Virus record (IMG/VR): IMGVR_UViG_3300030380_005901
Coordinates: 95,563 to 159,562 of that record
Source: a virus
Strand: one strand, 5' to 3'
Length of the DNA stretch: 64,000 bases
Shown: positions 18,204 to 26,170 of the stretch, one piece after another
Layout of the letters: every line of letters begins with the position of its first letter
Numbering within the stretch: the first letter of the stretch is position 1
Notes under the pieces: generated by a model
What the model was told of the DNA's origin: nothing
The model's database searches: none
Seen by the model: only the letters and a program-made list of their open reading frames with translations
Translations under genes and position numbers: made by a program

Positions 18204-19100
18204 TTAGGCAGGAATTAGAGTAGTTAACATATTATCTACATGTTCACTATAATCTGCACATTTGATAACTTTATAATTTGGGTTGTCTTCATTAAACCAA
18301 ACTAAATTACATCTACCTAACTTTAAGTTAGTATTTTTCTCAATTATTTTTTTATAGATATTAAGTTGTAATGAATATGTATTAAATTCACATTTATCTA
18401 ACATCCATAAACACTCCTTCATTTTGTTACCATAATCATCCTTCATATTTAGACGAGTATTAGTCTTCCAATCCCATATCTCTAAAGTACCATATCTTTC
18501 ATTCCAAAATAACTGATCCACCATACCACATAACATATAGTCTTTATCACCAACCACTAACTCTGATTTAATTGGTACTAACTTACCTTTAGCTACTGTA
18601 TCATTATAAAAGTTATGGAAATATCCTTCCATAATTTTATATGTTTCTTCTATCTCACTAAAATCCAATCCTTCAGGACTTTTAGTGGGGTAAGGCATTA
18701 TCTTATTATTTAGATAATTCTCAATATAATCGTGAAGTGTTGTACCTTCAAAAGTTGCATGATTGTTTTTATACTTCCATAACTTTTTGATGTCTTCTTC
18801 ACTAGTACATTCCTCTGATGGTTTTGGTTTAGAGTAATCAGGTCTATCATACGGATCACCTTCCATAGGATAAAAGTTTTGTTTATGTGCAAACTTATCT
18901 GCCATACTTTTAGCCTTATATATATGTCCTTGTTTTTCTGCCCATTTATCTGGTTTATCTACATTAGATTCAAAGTCTTCTTCAAACTTATGAATGAAAC
19001 CAGTACAGGATATTGTTTTCTCTCCATCAATATAATACGTATGAGGTTCGTCATAATATTTTATATTGTTGAATACGGATAATTCTTTAATAATCTCCAT
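18204..19100 (-). CDS. PD-(D/E)xK (RecB/Cas4-like) exonuclease
   Basis: Likely start MEIIKEL at 19100; GTTLHDYIE, SELVV, CGMVD, IWDWKT, QLNIYK. Confidence 0.85.
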   Translation of the reverse strand: MEIIKELSVFNNIKYYDEPHTYYIDGEKTISCTGFIHKFEEDFESNVDKPDKWAEKQGHIYKAKSMADKFAHKQNFYPMEGDPYDRPDYSKPKPSEECTSEEDIKKLWKYKNNHATFEGTTLHDYIENYLNNKIMPYPTKSPEGLDFSEIEETYKIMEGYFHNFYNDTVAKGKLVPIKSELVVGDKDYMLCGMVDQLFWNERYGTLEIWDWKTNTRLNMKDDYGNKMKECLWMLDKCEFNTYSLQLNIYKKIIEKNTNLKLGRCNLVWFNEDNPNYKVIKCADYSEHVDNMLTTLIPA

Positions 19101-19107
19101 TTTTTGT

Positions 19108-19115
19108 ATATTTAT
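19108..19115 (+). promoter_or_regulatory. putative late promoter ATATTTAT on the plus strand
   Basis: Motif is flipped in front of the plus-strand gene at 19152. Confidence 0.7.
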
Positions 19116-19120
19116 TATTA

Positions 19121-19152
19121 CAAAGATAAGCATTTATTTTTAAAAAAACAAA
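19121..19152 (-). promoter_or_regulatory. sigmaA-type promoter for the exonuclease
   Basis: TTTG-N20-TATCTTTG, perfect consensus. Confidence 0.8.
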
Positions 19153-21050
19153 TGGAATTAAAAGACATTATAAGAAATACTACTGATACCCAACCGTTCA
19201 ATAATTTTGAGATTGCAGTATTAAGAGAAATATATAGAACTTTGGATGGTAGAGTAAAAAGTAATAAAAAAACTGATATTAACCTTTTAATGGATTCTAA
19301 TATAATAGGTAACTTAGCATTAGATAAGGATATACTTATGTATTTTTATGCTTTATATAAAAATAATTTATTCAATGTTTTAAATAAAGATGGTGATTTT
19401 GCTTCTATAGAAGAAGTAGTTGTACCACAAATGAAAGAGTATCAAATTAAATTTTATCAAAACGTAAATTCTTGGAGAGAAATCAAAAATACTGTCGTGT
19501 CAGATGATAGTGATACTGCCCTAGACGCAATGGATTGGGAATACGATTATGGTAATATGGTGAATCCAGAATTAACAACTCACATAGATGATGAAATACA
19601 TCAAGGAGATTATGATGAGGTTTTTGATACAGATGCAGATGTATTACGAACTTTAAATGAAAGTATTAAGAATATATTAAGAGAGGAACTGAATACTGAA
19701 AAAGAACCGGTAATTTTTATTGCAGGTTGTTCTTCTGCAGGTGAATGTGGTAAAAAATATAAGTATTCACACCAACAACAAGGTAATATGTTACAGACTG
19801 CTTTAGGTGATAATTTTAATGTAATAACCCTATCACATGTACCCTCACCTTTATCAGAAATAAAAAAACATAATAATCCTTATGTAGTTATGTTTAGTGC
19901 TGGTGGTAAACACTCAGATAGGGTGGCAAACGAAATAAACAATAGCGAAAAAGACTTAAATAAAATTTATATTGTTGAGCCTTATACTTGTGGTTCAAAC
20001 ACTCTAAAAAAAGTTAACTCCGCAATAACTACGATAGGGAGTAATAATAATGTCTATGGTGGAACATCAAATTGTACAGGTAAAAATGTTGCGGGTAAAA
20101 TAGATAGTGAAAGTAATCACTGGAGTGCCTTAACTACTGTTGGTAATGATATTAAAAAGACATATATACCCCCTATACCCCCTATTTCTACAAACCCCAC
20201 ATTAGATATTAATATACCAAATACAAACATTCCTATGGATAATACTTATGTGGCACCACCTTATTTAGGTATATACGAATCTAAAAAAAGAAAAATAAAA
20301 ATTAGTGAGAGTCAATTATCCAAAATTGAGGAAGATTTAAAATACTGGAGTGTTAGTGATGCAAACCCAAACAAAAACAAATATGAAATGGGTGTGGAGT
20401 TAGAAGAAGAGGTAACTAGTATTCCAATATATAAAGATAATAATCCCCATAAAAGAGTGTATGAAAAAATGAGAAGAGAGTTTCCTGATACACCAGAATA
20501 TGTTTTACAAGATTATTACAGAAATATCATACTAATGAGAGCACCAGGTCATCGTCCAGCGATGAAAGATATTTTAAACACTTATAATGGTGATCCAATA
20601 CCATATATTAAGGGTGATGGAAATGGGTGGTGGTATAACTATTTAAAAGGTCCGTGGAAGTTACAAGTTTTAAACGTAAACCCAATGGACTTTGATAAAC
20701 GTACAGTAAGAGCGTTTGAACAAAGAGATTTTGGTAATATAAATGCATACAACGTACCCAAAGATGAAGAACGAATGGACACTCAAATGAGTATGAGGAG
20801 AGATGATGGAATGAACGAACCAGTTATTATTCTACAAAATCCTGATGGTACTTATCAATTAATAGAAGGGTGGCATAGAACAATGTCTATATTAAAAATG
20901 GGTGATAAACCTACTGAAGATTATTATGATGAAGATGATTACAATGATGAATTGTGGGACGAAGAAACACCTACTGAGTTAAAAGATTGGGATAAAGTTA
21001 AACTCAGAGCATTTGTTGCACCAAATCCAGACTTTAAAGAAAAAAAGTGA
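19152..21050 (+). CDS. multidomain putative head-packaged polyprotein: unknown domain, alpha/beta-hydrolase-like domain, ParB/Srx-like domain
   Basis: Likely start MELKDII at 19152; VIFIAG..VMFSAGG..HW; EPVIIL..YQLIEGWHR; internal LNESIKNILREE and KIKISESQLSKIEE. Confidence 0.65.
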   Translation: MELKDIIRNTTDTQPFNNFEIAVLREIYRTLDGRVKSNKKTDINLLMDSNIIGNLALDKDILMYFYALYKNNLFNVLNKDGDFASIEEVVVPQMKEYQIKFYQNVNSWREIKNTVVSDDSDTALDAMDWEYDYGNMVNPELTTHIDDEIHQGDYDEVFDTDADVLRTLNESIKNILREELNTEKEPVIFIAGCSSAGECGKKYKYSHQQQGNMLQTALGDNFNVITLSHVPSPLSEIKKHNNPYVVMFSAGGKHSDRVANEINNSEKDLNKIYIVEPYTCGSNTLKKVNSAITTIGSNNNVYGGTSNCTGKNVAGKIDSESNHWSALTTVGNDIKKTYIPPIPPISTNPTLDINIPNTNIPMDNTYVAPPYLGIYESKKRKIKISESQLSKIEEDLKYWSVSDANPNKNKYEMGVELEEEVTSIPIYKDNNPHKRVYEKMRREFPDTPEYVLQDYYRNIILMRAPGHRPAMKDILNTYNGDPIPYIKGDGNGWWYNYLKGPWKLQVLNVNPMDFDKRTVRAFEQRDFGNINAYNVPKDEERMDTQMSMRRDDGMNEPVIILQNPDGTYQLIEGWHRTMSILKMGDKPTEDYYDEDDYNDELWDEETPTELKDWDKVKLRAFVAPNPDFKEKK

Positions 21051-21121
21051 ACCGGGGAGGATTCGAACCTCCGACCGTCTGCTTAGAAGGCAGATGCTCT
21101 ATCCAGCTGAGCTACCGGTCC
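21048..21121 (-). tRNA. tRNA-Arg(UCU)
   Basis: GGACCGG acceptor stem, TCTGC-CTTCTAA-GCAGA anticodon arm, GGTTCGAATCC; no encoded CCA. Confidence 0.95.
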
Positions 21122-21127
21122 AATATG

Positions 21128-21211
21128 TACTCGAAGCGGGAATCGAACCCGCACTCCCAAATGGGAACAAGATTTTAAGTCTTGCGTGTCTACCTATTCC
21201 ACCACTCGAGC
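21128..21211 (-). tRNA. tRNA-Leu(UAA)
   Basis: GCTCGAG acceptor, CAAGA-CTTAAAA-TCTTG arm, long variable arm, GGTTCGATTCC; no encoded CCA. Confidence 0.95.
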
Positions 21212-21358
21212 ATCGAGTATGTTATTAAAATATTCAATAACATATTTAGCATATGAAGTGAGAACATCTCTACCTTCAAATACAAACATTTCTTTACCTT
21301 TAATTACTGCATCTTTATACTGTAATTTAAACTTATCTATATTTTCTAAACTAATCAT
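21194..21358 (-). CDS. 54-aa hypothetical protein not in the ORF track (MISLENIDKFKLQYKDA...)
   Basis: Manual translation; perfect promoter 4 nt upstream; stop codon inside tRNA-Leu. Confidence 0.65.
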   Translation of the reverse strand: MISLENIDKFKLQYKDAVIKGKEMFVFEGRDVLTSYAKYVIEYFNNILDARVVE

Positions 21359-21362
21359 ACCT

Positions 21363-21394
21363 CAAATATAGTAATAATTTTTTACTAAAACAAA
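21363..21394 (-). promoter_or_regulatory. sigmaA-type promoter, predicted leaderless, also drives the tRNAs
   Basis: TTTG-N20-TATATTTG-N4-ATG. Confidence 0.8.
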
Positions 21395-21583
21395 TTAATT
21401 GTAAGTTTTTGATATTACATCTAAAAATAAATCCGTATAAGAGTCCACTTTATTAGGGAAATTACGTTTCATACGTTTTGCCCAATCTTGTGCCCACTCA
21501 TAGGCGTGTTCTTTTTGTTTTTCCGTTATACAACTATTAACAACTTTATTAACATAATTAAACTGTTCTCTTAAATTTAACAT
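21395..21583 (-). CDS. hypothetical protein
   Basis: 62-aa ORF resembling the N-terminus of 8096..9244. Confidence 0.65.
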   Translation of the reverse strand: MLNLREQFNYVNKVVNSCITEKQKEHAYEWAQDWAKRMKRNFPNKVDSYTDLFLDVISKTYN

Positions 21584-21589
21584 ATTTTA

Positions 21590-21742
21590 TTATTTAAAAA
21601 TTATAGTATATAATATTGAATGTATCCCTTTTAAATGAACGGGATCTATTAACAATCTAATTTTCTTCATTAGTCTATACCTTTTTATTAATCTAAACTT
21701 ATTAGTTGTGTGATATTCCTCTATTATGTTTTGTAATTCCAT
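21590..21742 (-). CDS. 50-aa hypothetical protein not in the ORF track (MELQNIIEEYHTTNKF...)
   Basis: Manual translation; fills the gap; promoter 4 nt upstream. Confidence 0.55.
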   Translation of the reverse strand: MELQNIIEEYHTTNKFRLIKRYRLMKKIRLLIDPVHLKGIHSILYTIIFK

Positions 21743-21746
21743 ATTG

Positions 21747-21778
21747 TAAAAATAAAAAAAATATTTTACTTTACCAAA
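21747..21778 (-). promoter_or_regulatory. sigmaA-type promoter, predicted leaderless
   Basis: TTTG-N20-TATTTTTA-N4-ATG. Confidence 0.6.
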
Positions 21779-22161
21779 TGTTTTTTAAAATTTTCTAAAT
21801 ATTTTTTTATATTTTCTGCACCCACAGGATTTGCAGAATGTACCAAATAAAATGGTATATCTTTACCTTCATCTAAACAATATTCACACAACCATCTACA
21901 AGCATCATATCCCGTTTTTTCTTTAAGACTACCATAATTAATATCACCCTTTTGATTTTCTGGTAAATATGCATCATACGACAAATCATGATCGAAAGAT
22001 ATGTGAGTTGGTAAACCAAATTTATTAATTGCGGAGATAAACTGATAATAATCTCTCACTATAACCCAATCGTTATCACTTTCATATAATGGATTAACTG
22101 TTAATTTAAATACACAATAAGGGGTCCTGATATCATCGAGAAATAGTTTATAATTTTTCAT
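21766..22161 (-). CDS. cyclic-phosphate-processing receiver-like domain protein
   Basis: KLFLDDIR, ISFDHDL, TGYD, VHSANPVGAENI. Confidence 0.8.
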   Translation of the reverse strand: MKNYKLFLDDIRTPYCVFKLTVNPLYESDNDWVIVRDYYQFISAINKFGLPTHISFDHDLSYDAYLPENQKGDINYGSLKEKTGYDACRWLCEYCLDEGKDIPFYLVHSANPVGAENIKKYLENFKKHLVK

Positions 22162-22165
22162 ATCA

Positions 22166-22197
22166 TAAATGTACGAAAAAATTTTAACTATAACAAA
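22166..22197 (-). promoter_or_regulatory. sigmaA-type promoter, predicted leaderless
   Basis: TTTG-N20-TACATTTA-N4-ATG. Confidence 0.7.
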
Positions 22198-22224
22198 AAA
22201 AAATAAGAAATAATAAGGTTAATT

Positions 22225-23169
22225 TTAGGACATAGGTGAAAATATTTTATTTAAAAAAAGACCCGCTGGTTTGGTCCTACGGTATGCCCTCCAATAAGCT
22301 TTTTTATCTTCTTCATCCTCAGAATTTTTCCAATCGTCAATTGTATTATATTTTTTAGATATATTTATTAGATCTTCCTCAGTATCCAAATAGTTTTTAT
22401 GATGTTTCATATGAGAAGTTACATCTTCCCAAAATTCTTTACCTCTTTTATATGCCTGCCAGTAAGTAAGTCTATCATCATTTTTCCACTCTGTCTTAGT
22501 TTTATATTTTAAAGCAATTTTTCTTAGAGTGTCGTCTGAGTTTAAATACTTCATACCTAAAGCACCTGTTTTAGCAATATTTAAAATTTGCCAACCATTA
22601 TTCATATACTCAGTCTCATAAAAAGACTCTAATTCTTTAGCCTCTTTAAACCCAACTTTTTCTGGTGTAAGTTTTTTAAGTTTAAGACGTAGTTGTGGGT
22701 TACTTTCTAAAAACTTACCTACTGCGGTTTTTTCTTGTTTTTTGCTATAAGAACAACTATCTGTTGTGTGTTCCAAATGTCTTCTATCAATATCACAAGA
22801 CAACCCTATATATGCTGCTTTTGGTTTATCACCATCCGCATCAGTAAATTCATAAACATATATATCTTTTTCACCAAACCAACCAGCAGGTTCCATATCA
22901 GAAGTTAATTCTCGCCAAAATTTATTTCCCTCACCCTCATTATCTGTGTTCATAACCTTTACCCTATTCTTTGCTGCAAAATAACTATTTTTATCTACAC
23001 TATTTAACCATTCTTTTATAGTTCGATATTTTTTTGCTATCTTAATTAATTCGTCATTGGTGTACTTAACCTTTCTTCCAATTTTGTGAAATCTTGAACT
23101 TAATCTCCTATCATAAGACTCTCTTTCTTTAATTTTTTTAAATTGGTTTTCAGTTATAATAATCTTCAT
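22225..23169 (-). CDS. GIY-YIG endonuclease with helical repeats and putative capsid-targeting leader
   Basis: DIYVYEF..AYIGLS..RRHLEH..KELE..ILN; three LxxIAxKYxTxxEW-like repeats; MKIIITENQFKKIKE. Confidence 0.8.
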   Translation of the reverse strand: MKIIITENQFKKIKERESYDRRLSSRFHKIGRKVKYTNDELIKIAKKYRTIKEWLNSVDKNSYFAAKNRVKVMNTDNEGEGNKFWRELTSDMEPAGWFGEKDIYVYEFTDADGDKPKAAYIGLSCDIDRRHLEHTTDSCSYSKKQEKTAVGKFLESNPQLRLKLKKLTPEKVGFKEAKELESFYETEYMNNGWQILNIAKTGALGMKYLNSDDTLRKIALKYKTKTEWKNDDRLTYWQAYKRGKEFWEDVTSHMKHHKNYLDTEEDLINISKKYNTIDDWKNSEDEEDKKAYWRAYRRTKPAGLFLNKIFSPMS

Positions 23170-23173
23170 AATT

Positions 23174-23181
23174 ATAAATAT
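23174..23181 (-). promoter_or_regulatory. putative late promoter ATATTTAT
   Basis: 4 nt upstream of the GIY-YIG ATG. Confidence 0.7.
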
Positions 23182-23205
23182 TTTGTCAAACCAAAAAAAA
23201 ACATA

Positions 23206-24153
23206 TTATAATAAACTTTCTTTTATACGTTTTGCGGTAGTAATTAATTTAATTACACCCTTACTACCTAATTTTTGGTGTACGTCTGATAAATCAAATC
23301 GTTTAGGCATATATACCATTAGTACCCTTCCATTCAATTTAGTACTATCTAATTTTTTATATAGGTTAATTGCGTCTTTTTCTGCATCGTTGTCTAAAAC
23401 TATTATGACTTTGGCGGAAGCATTATCTATTAATTTTTTAAATAACAAATCATTTAGTACTTTACCCAACATAGGAATACTATTTGGTAGGGTGATATGA
23501 TCGAATACACCTTCTACTAAATAAATGTTAGAATCCCAATTAATTTTTCCTTCATTAAATATAATATCCATTTTAGATACTTCAGGATTTTTATACTTTA
23601 GTTTAGTGTATTTTTCAAAACTCCTACCTAAAAAATAATTTATCTTACCTTCACTGTCATATGATGGAAATATAATTCTATTTCTGTAATCTCCTACGTT
23701 AGCGTAACCTAAATTATATTTTTTAATTAAGTCTATCCCTATATTTCTTTTACTAAGATATTGTAGTGCTTGTTGATACCCACTATCATTCCTTTCTATA
23801 GTTAGTGGTGTAAAATTTTTAGGTAATCCCGTTATAACCACCTTTTCTTTGTCTACTACAACCCTTTTATTATCAGGTATTACTAACTGATATTGTTTCA
23901 TATGGTTTTTATTACCATACTTCCTAATAAGTTTATTAAGTGTCCCATGTGTACCATAGGTTTCTGAACAAGCCCAACATTTATAAACATGATGATAGTA
24001 ATTAACTTCTAAATTACCTTTACCATCTCCACAGTCTAGTCCTTTAATTGATGAACATACAGGACAGTCAAAAGATATCTGACTTTTGTTTTCATAATGT
24101 TTTTTAGAATTACCTAATACATCTTCTAAGATTTCTACAACTAATTGTGACAT
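23206..24153 (-). CDS. DNA primase (DnaG/gp61-like)
   Basis: CPVC..YKCWAC zinc finger, RIIFP, KYKNP, TOPRIM LVEGVFD and LDND. Confidence 0.92.
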   Translation of the reverse strand: MSQLVVEILEDVLGNSKKHYENKSQISFDCPVCSSIKGLDCGDGKGNLEVNYYHHVYKCWACSETYGTHGTLNKLIRKYGNKNHMKQYQLVIPDNKRVVVDKEKVVITGLPKNFTPLTIERNDSGYQQALQYLSKRNIGIDLIKKYNLGYANVGDYRNRIIFPSYDSEGKINYFLGRSFEKYTKLKYKNPEVSKMDIIFNEGKINWDSNIYLVEGVFDHITLPNSIPMLGKVLNDLLFKKLIDNASAKVIIVLDNDAEKDAINLYKKLDSTKLNGRVLMVYMPKRFDLSDVHQKLGSKGVIKLITTAKRIKESLL

Positions 24154-24157
24154 TTCA

Positions 24158-24189
24158 CAAATATATGAATTTTATTTTAAAAATCCAAA
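24158..24189 (-). promoter_or_regulatory. sigmaA-type promoter, predicted leaderless
   Basis: TTTG-N20-TATATTTG-N4-ATG. Confidence 0.8.
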
Positions 24190-24822
24190 TTAATTCCAGT
24201 CTCCACATTTTCTCATACCACCTAATACACACGCATATGCATCAGTCATATCATAATTTTCTTTAGTTAATTTGTTGTGTTTATCGTATATCCATACTAC
24301 TTGTGGTTCTATCTCACTTACTTTTTGATGTATTATCACTTTTTTATCAATATCATATGGTAAACCCCCAAATAAAACTGGATTTTTCTTTTCTATTTCT
24401 TTGTCTGTATATCTTTCACCTGATTTTTTAAATAACCTAACTTGCATTAAATCTGGGAAAGCAAATTTTCTAGCATCGTAAGATGAAACAAATTCAGGTA
24501 CTATGTTTAAAACCTCATACACTGACCTACATATCATACCATTAAATCGTAATAACGTTGCTACAGTATTTACATTATTAGATCTTAATAAAGGTTCTTC
24601 AATAAAAACCCTATCAATTTCAATATCACTATATTTTTCTAAGAAATCCTCTTCAAATATTTGAACCTTTTTTATTAAAGTTTCTATATTATTTTTAGGT
24701 TTAGGTTTAACTTTAGGTGTTATATGTGTTAACAATTGTAATTTACCATTATCACCTTTATCTTCAAAAAGTGCTATACCTATAGTTTTTGTGGACACAT
24801 CTAGCCCTAGAATTCTACTCAT
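24190..24822 (-). CDS. RuvC-like Holliday junction resolvase
   Basis: ILGLDVSTKTIGIA, FIEE, DMTDAY. Confidence 0.85.
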   Translation of the reverse strand: MSRILGLDVSTKTIGIALFEDKGDNGKLQLLTHITPKVKPKPKNNIETLIKKVQIFEEDFLEKYSDIEIDRVFIEEPLLRSNNVNTVATLLRFNGMICRSVYEVLNIVPEFVSSYDARKFAFPDLMQVRLFKKSGERYTDKEIEKKNPVLFGGLPYDIDKKVIIHQKVSEIEPQVVWIYDKHNKLTKENYDMTDAYACVLGGMRKCGDWN

Positions 24823-24860
24823 TATAAAACATTTTTTTAATTAAAGTTTTTACACTTCAT

Positions 24861-26159
24861 TTATAAAACAACTTGTACATCAAATATTACAAAATCGTTT
24901 TTCTTTTTAATAATTTGTCTATCTACTTTTCCGATAGCCAATACTTCTCCCGTTACATCAGTTATACCAATTTCTGTTATTCTAACATCATCATTTAAAT
25001 CAATTGTACCATTATTAGATCTAAAAAATTCTCCTCTTCCTGCAATACAAATAACATTTTGTACTAAGTTATTAACAACACTATCTACAGTAGTATTAAA
25101 AGTACCACCTGAATAATAATATAAACCTAAATCATTAGTTATTATACCAGTTTCTGTATCACCACTAAAATCAGTTGCAATATTATTTACAATTGTTGGA
25201 TCGGTGAATGCTAAAATTCCTTTATCTAAATATGCCACACCAATAACGTTATCTTTATTAATTCCTGTAGGTCCAACGGTTTTAGTATTTATAAGTTGTT
25301 TATTATTTACACTAAAAGGTTTTACTTGATCGTATCCTGTAGACCAACTCTTAGTTAAATCGTCATTAGGTCTTTGTACATTATCAGAAACCATATAACT
25401 TACAGGAAAATCTTTCCCAAAAATACCTTCAGTAAATACTGAACCATCTTTATATCTACCATCTAACTGTACTAAACTAAATTGTGCACTATTAACAAAA
25501 GTTGAATAACAATCATAGGTTGTGATACCTGTTGCTTCACCACCAGATGTATAACCGGTAACTATTGGTAAAGTTGTTTTTATAGTTTTACCATCAATCA
25601 ATTCACCATAACTATCGTTATCTATTATCGCCATTAAAACTTTATCTGTAGCTAATCCACTAAATGCAGTGTCTGACCAACCACCGTTGGTTGATGTAGT
25701 TCCCGTAAATATTTTCTTTTTAGATTCTAAAATCGGTAACCTTAAACTTTCAAAATAATTGGTAAAAGGAGAAGTATTATCTGTCTTATCAATTAAAATA
25801 TAAGTTAAATTACTTCCACTTACTACTGTTTCCCCCAATGGTACTGTAGTATTAACAATAACATTGGACCCTGACTCAACCGATTTAATATTTATCTGTG
25901 TATTGTTTAAATAAAGTTTATTTTTAATTCCTACACCTACATCTATATTATCATTTGTTCCACCATTTTCACCTAAATCACCACTATTTGAAGGTACTAA
26001 CCCAGATGTTAATAACCCACTAGTCCTATAATTTGCATCAGAATCTCCTAAAACAAAGTGTGTTAGTATCTGATTACTTTGAGTTAATAATCTTTCTCTA
26101 CCAGCTAATGTTAGTTTTGCCGTTATTGATACCGTATTCGCTGAACTGATTAATCCCAT
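24861..26159 (-). CDS. virion structural protein with tail collar-fibre-like termini
   Basis: KLTLAGRERL..FVLGDSD at the N-terminus; ITEIGITD..GEVLAIGK at the C-terminus. Confidence 0.65.
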   Translation of the reverse strand: MGLISSANTVSITAKLTLAGRERLLTQSNQILTHFVLGDSDANYRTSGLLTSGLVPSNSGDLGENGGTNDNIDVGVGIKNKLYLNNTQINIKSVESGSNVIVNTTVPLGETVVSGSNLTYILIDKTDNTSPFTNYFESLRLPILESKKKIFTGTTSTNGGWSDTAFSGLATDKVLMAIIDNDSYGELIDGKTIKTTLPIVTGYTSGGEATGITTYDCYSTFVNSAQFSLVQLDGRYKDGSVFTEGIFGKDFPVSYMVSDNVQRPNDDLTKSWSTGYDQVKPFSVNNKQLINTKTVGPTGINKDNVIGVAYLDKGILAFTDPTIVNNIATDFSGDTETGIITNDLGLYYYSGGTFNTTVDSVVNNLVQNVICIAGRGEFFRSNNGTIDLNDDVRITEIGITDVTGEVLAIGKVDRQIIKKKNDFVIFDVQVVL

Positions 26160-26170
26160 TTCTTTATAAT

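Noticed and set aside
18204-19100. Cas4 of a CRISPR-Cas system
   Set aside because: No array or other cas genes; typical stand-alone phage PD-(D/E)xK exonuclease
21048-21211. tRNA as a prophage or island attachment site
   Set aside because: No integrase and no duplicated tRNA 3' end visible in the window
21013-21371. Plus-strand ORFs 21013..21228 and 21186..21371
   Set aside because: Antisense shadows of the tRNAs and of the 54-aa minus-strand ORF
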